Assembly: GCA_020725105.1 (NCBI GenBank)
Contig: DYFQ01000007.1
Location: forward strand, 2,106-66,105
From: Symbiobacterium thermophilum
Lineage (GTDB): Bacteria > Bacillota > Sulfobacillia > DYFQ01
Direction of reading: 5' to 3'
Length of the DNA stretch: 64,000 nt
In this document: piece by piece, positions 46,093 through 55,965 of the stretch
How the letters are laid out: each line of letters begins with the position of its first letter
Numbering within the stretch: the stretch's first letter is position 1
Made by a program: the position numbers and the translations under genes
The notes under the pieces: generated by a model
What the model was told of the DNA's origin: nothing
Databases searched by the model: none
The model's input: the letters and a program-made list of their open reading frames with translations, nothing else

Positions 46093-47562
46093 ATGAGGCG
46101 GTTGCCTCGTCACCGGACTGCCCGGCAACTCGCCCTGACCGCGGCCGTCGCCACGGCCCTGGGCCTCTTCGTCGGGGCCGGAGCGGCCAGCCCCACCGCC
46201 GTCCCGGGAGGGCGCCCGGTCCGCGTGGTCCTGGCTGAGCGGCCGCTGGTCTTCGACGTTCCCCCGGTGATGGTGGCCGGCCGGATCCTGGTGCCCTTCC
46301 GCCACTTCCTTGCCGCCCTGGGCGCCCGCGTCGACTGGGACGGAGAAGGTGTCACCGCCCGCCTGGGAGACACTGAGCTCCGGTTGTGGCCCGGCCGGCG
46401 CCAGGCCCTGGTCAACGGGGCCCCGGTGGAGCTGGACGTCCCCCCGTCCATCGTCCGCGGGCGCGTCCTCGTCCCGCTGCGGTTTGTCAGCGAAACCCTG
46501 GGTATGAACGTCAGCTGGGACGACGCGACGCGCACCGTCACCCTGACGCCGCCGGACGGACTGGAGTTGCCCGAGCCATCGGGCCGGGTAATCCTGGGCT
46601 TTGTCGGCGACATCCTGCTCGGGGCCCGCGTCGCGGAGGCCATCGCCGCCCACGGGGTCCACTACCCGTGGGACGGGGTACGGGACGTCTTTCTGGCCAC
46701 CGACATTGTCCTGGGCAATCTGGAGACTCCCGTCAGCACCCGGGGAACCCCGGAAGCCAACAAGCAGTGGACCTTCCGGTCCCATCCTTCCACTCTCGAG
46801 GGCCTGGCGGCGGCCGGTGTCACCGTGGTCAACCTGGCCAACAACCACGTGCTGGACTACGGGGCGGAGGCCCTCATCGACACCCTCGACCACCTGGACG
46901 CGTATGGTATCGGGCGCGTCGGAGCGGGCCGGACCCGGGACGAGGCCATGGCGCCGGTGGTTCTGGAGCGCCACGGCGTCAGGGTGGGGATCCTCGGCCT
47001 GGCCCAGGTATACCCGTTCGGCTGGTGGGCCGCCACCGACACCCGGCCGGGGGTGGCCATCACCCATAACGAGACGCTCGTCATGCAAGCGGTCCGGCGC
47101 CTGCGCCAGCAGGTGGACCTGGTCGTGGTCACGGTCCACTGGGGCGAGGAGCGGGCCGAGACACCCACCGCCTATCAGCAGCGCTACGGGCGAAAGCTTG
47201 TGGAGGCCGGCGCGCACCTGGTGATCGGCCACCATCCCCACGTGCTGCAGGGGATCGAGCTGTACCGGGACGGCCTGATCGCCTACAGCCTGGGCAATTT
47301 CGTCTTTCCCTTCACCGTTCGGGCGACCCAGGAGACGGCCATCCTCCGGGTGACCGCCGCCCGCCTCCCCGGTGACGCGCCCGGCGGCGCGATCATCGAA
47401 GCCGCCGAGATCCTGCCGGTGTTCACCCACGGTTCCCGGCCCCAGCTTCTTGCCGGCGACTACCGGCTGGAGATTCTCCGCCGGATCCAGGCCCTGTCGG
47501 CCCCCTGGGGCACCGGGATCGACGAGCGCGGCCTCGTCCGTCTGGTGAACCGGGAACCCTGA
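46093..47562 (+). CDS. secreted CapA/PGA_cap-family metallophosphatase with copper-amine-oxidase-like N-terminal domain
   Basis: ATG after AGGAGGAGGA. Signal peptide, then the Cu_amine_oxidN1-like RVLVPLRFVSETLGMNVSWDDATRTV, then CapA motifs (VTVHWGEE, LVIGHHPHVLQG). Confidence 0.8.
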   Translation: MRRLPRHRTARQLALTAAVATALGLFVGAGAASPTAVPGGRPVRVVLAERPLVFDVPPVMVAGRILVPFRHFLAALGARVDWDGEGVTARLGDTELRLWPGRRQALVNGAPVELDVPPSIVRGRVLVPLRFVSETLGMNVSWDDATRTVTLTPPDGLELPEPSGRVILGFVGDILLGARVAEAIAAHGVHYPWDGVRDVFLATDIVLGNLETPVSTRGTPEANKQWTFRSHPSTLEGLAAAGVTVVNLANNHVLDYGAEALIDTLDHLDAYGIGRVGAGRTRDEAMAPVVLERHGVRVGILGLAQVYPFGWWAATDTRPGVAITHNETLVMQAVRRLRQQVDLVVVTVHWGEERAETPTAYQQRYGRKLVEAGAHLVIGHHPHVLQGIELYRDGLIAYSLGNFVFPFTVRATQETAILRVTAARLPGDAPGGAIIEAAEILPVFTHGSRPQLLAGDYRLEILRRIQALSAPWGTGIDERGLVRLVNREP

Positions 47563-47837
47563 CGGACCGCAAGCGGCCCTGTCGAGGGGTAGAGGGCGGC
47601 GGGTGCCAGCGGGTGACACTCTCGCGGGCCCGACCTTACCTATAATCAAGCAACCACGGCCGGTCCGCGCGCCCGTCGGGTTTGGGCGATGGCGCCGGCG
47701 CGGACACCGGCATACGGATGCTCTTCACCCCATACCGGTAATAGAGGGCTGCGACTGTCTGCTCGACGGCGGCGGCCCGTGGTCGCCGCCGGGACGGCGC
47801 GCCGGCCGGTGCTGGGGGCCCCAGGGGGTCGGGGCGT

Positions 47838-48812
47838 GTGGGTTACGTATACGGAGACCTCTGGTTCAGTTTGAACTTCACGGTCGACCTTGGCCTGCTG
47901 TGGCTGGCGGGGCGGGCCGCCGGCCTCAGGACGAGCCCTGGACGTCTGGTTCTTGCCGCCGCCCTGGGCGGCACGTACGGCCTCGGCTACCTCTTGCCCG
48001 ACCTTGGGCCCTTTTACTCGCCGGGAGCCATCGGGCTGTTTTCCCTGTTCATCGTGGGGGTTGCCTTCGCTCCGGCGGTGGCAGCCGCCGGGCGGGCGGG
48101 CGGCCCGTGGGCCGGAGTGGGCGCCCTCACCCGGGCCGCCGCCGGCTTTTACCTAGGGGGGTTATCAATGGCCGGCGGGGTGCTGGCCGCCCAGCAACTG
48201 GAGAGCCGCCTGCCCGCCACGCCCGGCTGGCTATGGAGCCTGCCCGCGCCAGGCGTGGCGTCGCTGCTGGGCGCCCTGGCCGTGACGGCCGGCGCCATCG
48301 GCCTGGTGCGCCACGTGGCGGGGCGCCGGCGGTGGCTTGAACAGGCCCTGGTACCCACCGAGGTGGTGGTGGGTGCCCACCGGGCCACCCTGCGGGCGCT
48401 GGTGGACACCGGCAACATGCTCCGTGACCCCCTGTCCCGGGCTCCGGTGGTAATCGTGTCCTACCCCGCTATCCGGAACCTGCTACCCCCTGACATCTGT
48501 GCCGTGTACGAGGAGCCGCGCCGGGCCGCCAGCCCGGCCGGCAGGGGCGAAGCCCCTGGGCCCGACCTGGGCCAGCTGGCGGCGGTGCTGTCGGCCTCCC
48601 GGTGGGGGACGCGTTTCAGGGTGGTCCCGTTCCAATCCCTGGGTGCCGCCAACGGCCTGCTCCTCGGCTTCCGTCCCGACCTGGTCGTCCTGCGAGAGGG
48701 TGGCCGGGACGTGAGGGTGAGGGACGTGGTCGTCTGCGTCCACCACCGGCCGCTGTCGGTGGCCGGTGAGTACGAGGCCCTGGTGCCGCCCGAACTCCTG
48801 GAGGCAGCATAA
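47838..48812 (+). CDS. spoIIGA: sigma-E processing peptidase SpoIIGA (membrane aspartic protease)
   Basis: Five N-terminal TM helices and the LVDTGN active-site motif. Immediately precedes sigE. Confidence 0.8.
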   Translation: MGYVYGDLWFSLNFTVDLGLLWLAGRAAGLRTSPGRLVLAAALGGTYGLGYLLPDLGPFYSPGAIGLFSLFIVGVAFAPAVAAAGRAGGPWAGVGALTRAAAGFYLGGLSMAGGVLAAQQLESRLPATPGWLWSLPAPGVASLLGALAVTAGAIGLVRHVAGRRRWLEQALVPTEVVVGAHRATLRALVDTGNMLRDPLSRAPVVIVSYPAIRNLLPPDICAVYEEPRRAASPAGRGEAPGPDLGQLAAVLSASRWGTRFRVVPFQSLGAANGLLLGFRPDLVVLREGGRDVRVRDVVVCVHHRPLSVAGEYEALVPPELLEAA

Positions 48813-48833
48813 CCGCGGGACCCGGAGCAAGAG

Positions 48834-49577
48834 GTGAGCCGTGTGGTTCCCTTCTTCCGTCGCGTGCGACTGGCGTTCCGGGTGGCCCTGTGGCGGGTCG
48901 TCCGGCTGGCGGGCCTCGTTCGCGCCCTACCGGTGCTCTACGTCGGCAGTTCGGAGGCGCTGCCGCCGCCGCTCAGCGCCGACGAGGAGCACCGGTTGCT
49001 GGACCGGCTACAACTGGGGGATCACCGGGTACGGGGGGTCCTGATCGAGCGGAACCTCCGGCTGGTGGTCTACATCGCCAAGAAGTTCGAGAACACCGGC
49101 GTCTGGGTGGAAGACCTGGTGTCCATCGGCACCATCGGACTCATCAAGGCGGTGAACACCTTTGACCCGCGCAAGCGGATCAAGCTGGCCACCTACGCCT
49201 CCAAGTGCATCGAGAACGAGATCCTCATGTTTCTGCGGCGCCACAGCCGGCGGCGCGTGGAGATATCCTTCGACGAGCCGCTGAACATCGACTGGGACGG
49301 AAACGAACTCCTCCTGTCGGACGTGCTGGGCACCGACGCCAACCTGGTCTACAAGGACCTGGAGGAAGAGGTCGAACGCGTGCTCCTGCGCAAGGCCATG
49401 CAGAAGCTGAGCCCGCGGGAGTGCCGCATCCTGGAACTGCGGTTCGGGCTCCAGGACGGCCGCGAGCGGACCCAGAAGGAGGTGGCCGACCTGCTGGGCA
49501 TCTCCCAGTCCTACATCTCCCGGCTGGAGAAGCGGATCATCAAACGGCTTCGCCGGGAGATCCAGAAGTTCGAGTAA
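48834..49577 (+). CDS. sigE: RNA polymerase sporulation sigma factor SigE (pro-sigma-E with N-terminal prosequence)
   Basis: N-terminal extension, then the sigma-70 regions 2 and 4 of SigE/SigK-type factors ([11 protein letters not shown]..., [20 protein letters not shown]). Confidence 0.9.
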   Translation: MSRVVPFFRRVRLAFRVALWRVVRLAGLVRALPVLYVGSSEALPPPLSADEEHRLLDRLQLGDHRVRGVLIERNLRLVVYIAKKFENTGVWVEDLVSIGTIGLIKAVNTFDPRKRIKLATYASKCIENEILMFLRRHSRRRVEISFDEPLNIDWDGNELLLSDVLGTDANLVYKDLEEEVERVLLRKAMQKLSPRECRILELRFGLQDGRERTQKEVADLLGISQSYISRLEKRIIKRLRREIQKFE

Positions 49578-49648
49578 GCCCGTCCTCGTCTCGGGCCGGG
49601 CCTGAGGCAAGTTCCTGCTATTTTTTGCCATTCCCGCTCCTCCCAGGC

Positions 49649-49678
49649 GCATATTTCCCCACCCCGGGGGAGATAATG
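49649..49678 (+). promoter_or_regulatory. forespore sigma-F/sigma-G-type promoter upstream of sigG (GCATA-15nt-GGAGATAAT)
   Basis: GCATA at 49649-49653 and GGagAtAaT at 49669-49677, in an unusually AT-rich spacer. Confidence 0.4.
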
Positions 49679-49767
49679 ACACCGGGCAGACAAAAAATGG
49701 AAACTCTCGGGATTCGTGTGCCCCGTTTCCCATATCACGCGACGCCTGCGGAGGGTGCCCGGATTCG

Positions 49768-50538
49768 ATGGTCAACAAGGTCGAGATCTGCGGGGTCAAC
49801 ACGTCCAAGCTCCCGGTGCTGTCCGCTGCCAGGATGCGGGAAGTGTTCGTCCGCATGCGGGCGGGGGACCGCCAGGCCAGGGAGGAACTGGTCCGCGGCA
49901 ACCTGCGCCTGGTGCTCAGCGTCATCCAGCGCTTCAACAACCGCGGGGAACTGGTTGACGACCTGTTCCAGGTTGGCTGCATCGGCCTGCTGAAGGCCAT
50001 CGACAACTTTGACCTCTCCCAGAACGTGAAGTTCTCCACCTACGCCGTGCCCATGATCGTCGGGGAGATCCGGCGTTACCTCAGGGACAACAACCCCATC
50101 CGGGTGAGCCGGTCGTTGCGGGACGTAGCCTACAAGGCCCTTCAGGTTCGCGACAGCCTGGTCAACCGCCATGCCAGGGAGCCGTCCATCAACGAGATCG
50201 CGGCCGAGCTGAAGCTGCCCAGGGAGGACATCGTCTTCGCCCTGGACGCCATCCAGGAACCCATCTCCCTCTTTGATCCCATCTACCACGACGGTGGCGA
50301 CCCCATCTACGTGATGGACCAGATCGCCGACGAAAGCCACCAGGACGCCACCTGGGTCGAGGGAATCGCCATCCGGGAAGCCCTCAGCAAGCTCTCGGAC
50401 AGGGAGAAGCTCATCCTTACCCTGCGCTTTTTCGAGGGCAAGACCCAGATGGAGGTCGCCGAGGAGATCGGCATCTCTCAGGCCCAGGTCTCCCGGCTGG
50501 AGAAAGCCGCCCTGCAGCACATGAGAAAGTTCATGTAA
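49768..50538 (+). CDS. sigG: RNA polymerase sporulation sigma factor SigG
   Basis: N-terminus MVNKVEICGVNTSKLPVL matches the SigG/SigF hallmark. Followed by sigma-70 regions 2-4. Confidence 0.9.
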   Translation: MVNKVEICGVNTSKLPVLSAARMREVFVRMRAGDRQAREELVRGNLRLVLSVIQRFNNRGELVDDLFQVGCIGLLKAIDNFDLSQNVKFSTYAVPMIVGEIRRYLRDNNPIRVSRSLRDVAYKALQVRDSLVNRHAREPSINEIAAELKLPREDIVFALDAIQEPISLFDPIYHDGGDPIYVMDQIADESHQDATWVEGIAIREALSKLSDREKLILTLRFFEGKTQMEVAEEIGISQAQVSRLEKAALQHMRKFM

Positions 50539-50615
50539 CCCGGGCACACTAGGTGCCAGGCCTGCCGGCAACAGTTCGGCAGCGACAGACACCTGTCAGT
50601 GGGGGTGAACCCGGC

Positions 50616-51323
50616 ATGGTGATCAGGCGGCTGGTCCGGCCCATGGCGAGTCTTGTCCTGGCGGCCTTCGGGGCCGGCCTCGTCGTGGCCAGCGCCGGCC
50701 CACTCGATGCCCTGGAAGCCTACAATCCTCGAAACCTGATCCGCCTGCAGGTGGTGGCAGCGTCGGATGATCCCGAAGACAAGCGTCTCAAGCTCGAGGT
50801 CCGTGACGCCGTGCTTTCGGTTCTCCGGCCCGCCCTGACCGGCGCGGAAGGGGCCGATGAGGCAGGCCGGCGTATCGTGGCCTCGCTCCCCGAGGTAGAG
50901 GCGGCGGCCCAGGCCGTGCTGGACCGGGCCGGCCGGCCCGCTCCGGTCAGCGCCAGCCTGGAGGAGCGGTGGTTTTCCGCCCGGCAGTGGGGTGGGGTGG
51001 TGTTCCCGGCCGGCAACTACCGCGTTCTGCGAGTGGCCATCGGGGCCGGAAGCGGCCAGAACTGGTGGTGCGTCGTATACCCGGGGCTGTGCTATACCCC
51101 ATGGACGGCCGGGCTGGACGACGGCACCCGGATTCCCCTGGCCATCGAGGCCGAGGGTGACCGGATCCTGCTCAGGGGCGACGGGGAACTGGAAGCCTTG
51201 CCGGCGGAAGTCCGGTTCTGGGTCGTGGAGTGGGTCCGGCGGTTCGGCGGCGCGATTCAGGCCCGGTGGCTGGAGGCGCGGGCGGCCTGGCGGGCGGACT
51301 CGGCGACGGGAGGCAGGCGCTAG
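50616..51323 (+). CDS. spoIIR: stage II sporulation protein R (SpoIIR)
   Basis: Signal-anchor, the IRLQVVAASDDPEDKRLKLEVRDAVL block and the NWWCVVYPGLCY motif characteristic of SpoIIR. Confidence 0.8.
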   Translation: MVIRRLVRPMASLVLAAFGAGLVVASAGPLDALEAYNPRNLIRLQVVAASDDPEDKRLKLEVRDAVLSVLRPALTGAEGADEAGRRIVASLPEVEAAAQAVLDRAGRPAPVSASLEERWFSARQWGGVVFPAGNYRVLRVAIGAGSGQNWWCVVYPGLCYTPWTAGLDDGTRIPLAIEAEGDRILLRGDGELEALPAEVRFWVVEWVRRFGGAIQARWLEARAAWRADSATGGRR

Positions 51324-51423
51324 GCCCTCCGGAGCCAGAGCCGCGAAGGTGCCCGGCGGCACGGGCCATCATATACATGGGGACAGCGGGGCCCGCTGGG
51401 CACCGCCAGGGAGGGCCCGCGCC

Positions 51424-51681
51424 GTGCCCGTTCGCATCTCGGACCTGCGGATCCGGGAAGTCGTCAACGTGATCGACGGCAAGCGCCTCGGTTTCATCAT
51501 TGACCTGGAGGTGGAGCTGGAGACGGGGCGCATCACGGCCATCGTGGTGCCCGGATCCCGGTGGCTGGGCATCTTTGGCCGGGAAGCCGAATGGGTCATC
51601 CCGTGGACCAGGATCCGCAAGATCGGGACCGACGTGATCCTGGTGGAGATGGCGCCCTACACCCACCCGGGAGCGGATTGA
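51424..51681 (+). CDS. YlmC/YmxH-family PRC-barrel sporulation protein
   Basis: ISDLRIREVVNVIDGKRLGFIIDLEVELETGRITAIVVPG matches the YlmC/YmxH family. GTG 51424 after GGGAGGG. Confidence 0.75.
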   Translation: MPVRISDLRIREVVNVIDGKRLGFIIDLEVELETGRITAIVVPGSRWLGIFGREAEWVIPWTRIRKIGTDVILVEMAPYTHPGAD

Positions 51682-51819
51682 GCGCGGGCAGGCTCTCGAA
51701 AGGCAAGCCGCAGGCCGCCGTGGAAGTTGCTTCCGACGGCGGCCTCGTCTGTTCTTGTGCCGCCGGTGCAAACCACGCCCCGCCCGCCCCGGCGGGTGCG
51801 GGGCAGCCGGAGGAGAGGC

Positions 51820-53256
51820 ATGTACGACGTCGCGATCATCGGGGGCGGCCCCGGCGGCTACGTGGCCGCCGTCCGCGCCGCCCAGCTTGGCGCGAAGGTC
51901 GCCCTGATCGAGCAGGCCGAACTGGGCGGGGTCTGCCTGAACCTGGGCTGCATTCCCACCAAAGCCATGCTGCGGTCGGCGGAAGTCTACACCCTGGCGG
52001 GTGAGGCCGAAAGCTTCGGGGTCCGGGTATCAGGGGCGGAACTCGACTTTGGCCGCGTGATGGCCCGCAAGGACCAGATCGTCAAGGGGCTGGTCAACGG
52101 CCTGAACCGGTTGATGGCGGCCAACGGGATCGAGGTGCTCCGGGCCCGGGGGCATCTCCTGGCGCCCAACCGCGTGGAGGCGGCCCCGGGCGAGGGAGAG
52201 CCTCGCCAGGTGGAGGCGCGGTCGGTGATCCTGGCCACGGGCTCCAATCCCCTCTTCCTCCTCTTGCCCGGCCTGGACCTGCCCGGGGTCATCACCTCCG
52301 ACGGCGCGCTGGCCCTGGAGTCCCTGCCTGCTTCGGTAGTGGTCGTGGGCGGCGGAGTGGTGGGGGTCGAGTTCGCTTCCATCTTTCACGCCTTCGGCTG
52401 CCGGGTGACGGTGGTGGAGATGCTGCCGTCGCTCCTGCCGCCGGCCGACGAGGAGATCTCGCGACGGCTGGCCCTGAATTTCCGGCGGCGTGGCATCCAG
52501 GTTCACACGGGCACCAGGCTGAAGGCGGTGGAGGCGGCGGGGCCCGGCGACGGTCCCTTCGGGCCGCCCAAGCGGGTGGTGTGCGAGACCGAAAAGGGCG
52601 AGACGGCCGCCTTTGACGGCGAGGTCGTGCTGATAGCCATCGGCCGCCGGCCCAACCTGGCCCGCCTGGGGCTGGAAGCGGTGGGGGTCCGTTTCGATCA
52701 CCGCTCCGGAATCCAGGTGGACGACGGGATGCAGACCAGCGTCCCCGGGGTCTACGCGGCGGGCGACGTGACGGGCGGCACCATGCTGGCCCATGCCGCC
52801 TTCGCCCAGGGCATCATTGCCGCCGAGCGGGCCATGGGTCACCCGGCCAGCTGGGCGGGGCAGGTGGTGCCAAGTTGCGTCTTCACCTTCCCGGAGGTGG
52901 CCTGGGCCGGGCTGACGGAACAGCAAGCCCGGGCCAGGGGGCTCGAGGTGGAGGTCGGCCGCTTTCCCTTCGCCGCCCTGGGCAAGGCACAGCTAGCCGG
53001 CGAGACGGACGGGCTCTGCAAGATCATCGCCGAGCGCACCGGCGAGCCCGGCGAGGGACGGGTACTGGGGGTTCACCTGATGGGCCCTGCCGCGACAGAA
53101 CTGGTGCAGGAAGGGGTGCTGGCCGTGCGTCTGGGGGTCCGGGCCCGGGAGCTGGCCGACACCATCCACCCCCATCCCACGCTGGTGGAGGCCCTGGGCG
53201 AAGCGGCCCACGCGCTCATGGGCCGGCCGCTGCACCAGGCCGGGCGGCGCCGATGA
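51820..53256 (+). CDS. lpdA: dihydrolipoyl dehydrogenase (E3)
   Basis: YDVAIIGGGPGGY FAD motif, redox-active GGVCLNLGCIPTK, NADH-binding GGGVVGVE, and the C-terminal HPHPT interface motif. Confidence 0.9.
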   Translation: MYDVAIIGGGPGGYVAAVRAAQLGAKVALIEQAELGGVCLNLGCIPTKAMLRSAEVYTLAGEAESFGVRVSGAELDFGRVMARKDQIVKGLVNGLNRLMAANGIEVLRARGHLLAPNRVEAAPGEGEPRQVEARSVILATGSNPLFLLLPGLDLPGVITSDGALALESLPASVVVVGGGVVGVEFASIFHAFGCRVTVVEMLPSLLPPADEEISRRLALNFRRRGIQVHTGTRLKAVEAAGPGDGPFGPPKRVVCETEKGETAAFDGEVVLIAIGRRPNLARLGLEAVGVRFDHRSGIQVDDGMQTSVPGVYAAGDVTGGTMLAHAAFAQGIIAAERAMGHPASWAGQVVPSCVFTFPEVAWAGLTEQQARARGLEVEVGRFPFAALGKAQLAGETDGLCKIIAERTGEPGEGRVLGVHLMGPAATELVQEGVLAVRLGVRARELADTIHPHPTLVEALGEAAHALMGRPLHQAGRRR

Positions 53257-53329
53257 ACCGCACGGAGGCCGTGGGCCGAGGGCGACCGGGCCGCACGCCG
53301 GCGAGCTGGCCCCTTTAGCGGTCGTTACG

Positions 53330-53761
53330 TTACCTCGGTCGGGGTTCCCGCAAGCTGAACAGCAAGAAGCCGGCGGCCGCCAGGAGCAGGGGAGAGGATC
53401 GGACGCCCGGCAGAAAGCTCCGGAGGGCGATCGAACCAAGGAGGTGCGTCAGGCCGTTGACGGCCATGATTGCTCCGTAAACGGCCGCCGCCGGTTTGGT
53501 CCACCTGCCGCCGCGGCAGATCAGGGGCGTCGCGGCCAGCATAAGGCCGATGGCCACGGTCAGGGTGAGAAGCCAGCCCGCGTAGCTGAAAACCGGCAAC
53601 CTGAGGGCCGGGTACGCCGCGCGGAGGGATTGCACGGCGGGATTGTACAGGGCAAGGAAGTCGGTGGCCGCTTCGTCCCACACGTGGATGGCGAACGCCA
53701 GCGTGAGCAGGAACCAGCCCGTGCCGCGCCGGCGAGTGCCGGAAACGGGGATGCCTTGCAT
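53330..53761 (-). CDS. HXXEE-domain small membrane protein
   Basis: HVWDE motif in the first TM region. Four predicted helices. Confidence 0.5.
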   Translation of the reverse strand: MQGIPVSGTRRRGTGWFLLTLAFAIHVWDEAATDFLALYNPAVQSLRAAYPALRLPVFSYAGWLLTLTVAIGLMLAATPLICRGGRWTKPAAAVYGAIMAVNGLTHLLGSIALRSFLPGVRSSPLLLAAAGFLLFSLREPRPR

Positions 53762-53863
53762 TCCTCCTGACCTCCCGTTCGACCATCTCTCCCTCCGGCG
53801 CGGCGCCGATCCTTGTGGAGCCCTTCTGTGGCAGGGCCGGTTTTCCTGTCCGAGCCCCGTTCC

Positions 53864-54736
53864 TCAGCACCCGCAGTCCGCTACGAGGGCAACGAACAGG
53901 GCGGCCAGGTAGATAATGGAGTAACCATACAGTTGCCGGGTTGCCCGGCCGGGGCCGGCCCCCTCCCGGCCGGCCCGCACGGCCAGGCCCAGAAACAGGG
54001 CGCCCGACACAACCGCGACGGTCAGGTACCAGCGGCCGGCGGCGGCCAGGGGAACGGGGAGGATGGACACGGCCACCAGGGCCAGGGTGTAGCCCACGAT
54101 CTGGCGCCGGGTGGCCGCCTCGCCGCTCACCACAGGGAGCATGGGAATGCCGGCACGGGCGTAGTCGTCCTTGCGAACCAGGGCCAGAGCCCAGAAGTGG
54201 GGCGGCGTCCAGAAAAAGATGATCGCAAACAGGACCAGGGCGGGGAAGTCCAGGCGGCCCGTGGCGGCGGCCCAGCCGATGATGGGGCCGACCGCCCCGG
54301 CCGCGCCACCGATGACGATGTTCTTCGGCGTGCTCCGCTTCAGCCACTTGGTATACACCAGGACATAGAAGGCGACGCCCAGACCCGCCAGAGCGGCGGC
54401 GAGCCAGTTGACGGCGGTGCCCAGCAGCGCGACGGCCAGGATCCCCAGACCCAGCCCGAACGCGAGGGCACCGGGGGGCGGGACCCGGCCCGCCGGCAGC
54501 GGCCGGTTACGGGTCCGGACCATCAGGGCGTCCACGTCCCGGTCCAGGTAGCAGTTGAGGGCGTTGGCGGCGCCGGCCGCCATGGCCGTGCCAAGCAGGG
54601 TCGCCAGGAGCAGCCCGGCAGCGGCCGGGGCTCCGGCCGCCCGCATGCCCGCCCAGGTGGTCACGAGCACCAGCAGGATGATGCGGGGCTTGGTGAGGTT
54701 CAGGTAGTCCTTGACCAGCCCCACGGCGGCCGTCAC
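53864..54736 (-). CDS. ctaB: protoheme IX farnesyltransferase (heme O synthase)
   Basis: UbiA-family polyprenyltransferase motifs (NCYLDRDVD, YTKWLKR). GTG 54736 after GAGGAGG. Overlaps ctaA by 4 nt. Confidence 0.85.
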   Translation of the reverse strand: MTAAVGLVKDYLNLTKPRIILLVLVTTWAGMRAAGAPAAAGLLLATLLGTAMAAGAANALNCYLDRDVDALMVRTRNRPLPAGRVPPPGALAFGLGLGILAVALLGTAVNWLAAALAGLGVAFYVLVYTKWLKRSTPKNIVIGGAAGAVGPIIGWAAATGRLDFPALVLFAIIFFWTPPHFWALALVRKDDYARAGIPMLPVVSGEAATRRQIVGYTLALVAVSILPVPLAAAGRWYLTVAVVSGALFLGLAVRAGREGAGPGRATRQLYGYSIIYLAALFVALVADCGC

Positions 54737-55686
54737 GCGGGCGCCTCCTCGCGCCCGGCGGTCGCCGGCCCCGCCTCCGCGGCCGGGCCCGCAAGCTCCG
54801 GCCGCAGGGCCACCAGCCCCATGGTCAGCACCGTGGCCAGGATGAGGGAGCCGGTGGCCAGGTGCAGGGTGGCCAGGCTGACGGGAACGCTGAACAGAAC
54901 CGTCAGGCCGCCAAGGGCCGCCTGAACCAGCCAGAGACCCAGGGCCAGCCCGGCCCCGCTCCAGGCCCACGGCCGCGCCCGGCGGTGACGGGCCGCCTGC
55001 CAGAGCAGCCCGAGGAGGACAAGGCCCAAGGCCAGGGCGGATAGCCGGTGGAGGAGGTGAACCAGCACCGGTCCGGAGAGTTCGGGCACCAGTCGTCCCT
55101 GACACAGGGGCCAGTCAGGACACGCCAGGGCCGCCCCGCTGTGGCGCACGTAGCCACCCAGGACGGCCACGAAGTAGGTCAGGCCGGCGGCTGACAGGGC
55201 CCAGCGTCCGAGGGTCGCCTCCGCCGGGGCCGGCACGGTCTCCGCGGCCGCTTCCTGGAGGATGGGAGCCCGGACCAGGACCGCCAGGCCGAGCATGGAG
55301 GTGAAAAGGGCGAGCCCGACCGCCAGATGGGCGCTGGACACGGCGGGCGGCAGGTGCAGCAGCACGGTGAACCCGCCCAGCACCACCTGGACCAGTAGCA
55401 GCAGCAGGGCCAGTACGGCCGCGGCCCGGATTTCCCGCCGGCCCGTGCGCCAGGCAAGCCCGGCGGTGACCACCACCATGACGCCCACCAGCGAGGCCAT
55501 CAGGCGATGACCGTATTCCAGGAGCACCGGGCCCTCCAGGGGCGGGACCAACCGCCCGTGGCACAGGGGCCAGTCAGGGCAGGCCAGCCCGGCGCCGGAG
55601 GAACTCACCACTCCACCCAGGAGCATCAGGAGGTACACGCCGACCGTGGTCGCCAGGCTCCACCCCAGAAGAGCGCGAGAGGGCAT
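54733..55686 (-). CDS. ctaA: heme A synthase (CtaA/COX15)
   Basis: Two CPDWPLC motifs and an eight-helix layout with conserved His pairs. Confidence 0.85.
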   Translation of the reverse strand: MPSRALLGWSLATTVGVYLLMLLGGVVSSSGAGLACPDWPLCHGRLVPPLEGPVLLEYGHRLMASLVGVMVVVTAGLAWRTGRREIRAAAVLALLLLLVQVVLGGFTVLLHLPPAVSSAHLAVGLALFTSMLGLAVLVRAPILQEAAAETVPAPAEATLGRWALSAAGLTYFVAVLGGYVRHSGAALACPDWPLCQGRLVPELSGPVLVHLLHRLSALALGLVLLGLLWQAARHRRARPWAWSGAGLALGLWLVQAALGGLTVLFSVPVSLATLHLATGSLILATVLTMGLVALRPELAGPAAEAGPATAGREEAPA

Positions 55687-55965
55687 GACTCCAGAACCAC
55701 CTTTCGCCAAGAACGCCGGCAAACCAAGTGCCACCGCGTGGCCAGCCACAGGCAGTGATGGCCATCACACCCAACGCCACGCGCTGACATTATAATTGCG
55801 GAGGCCGGCAAGCTGAGGGGCGTCGACTGCGTTGACAGCCTGTGCTACCCGGTAGTATCTTGAGGGCGGTTTTTCGGCCGCCGTGTGGCGGGCCCGGGAA
55901 AGCGCCGGCCGCCGTGGCGAAAAACCTGCCATCGTGCCATCCCCGGGGCGGGAAAGGGGACCGGT

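Noticed and set aside
41222-46094. 826-aa and 816-aa minus-strand ORFs
   Set aside because: Antisense to the 500-aa orphan/NUDIX genes and to the exported giant protein. Gly/Arg/Pro-rich with no motifs. One of them runs through the tRNA-Pro(CGG) gene.
46060-47649. 529-aa minus-strand ORF
   Set aside because: Antisense to the CapA-like gene, which has clear family motifs and a strong RBS.
50544-50576. Possible sigma-F-type promoter for spoIIR (GCACA ... GGCAACAGTT)
   Set aside because: The spacer is about 18 bp rather than 14-15 and the -35 match is weak. Too uncertain to call.
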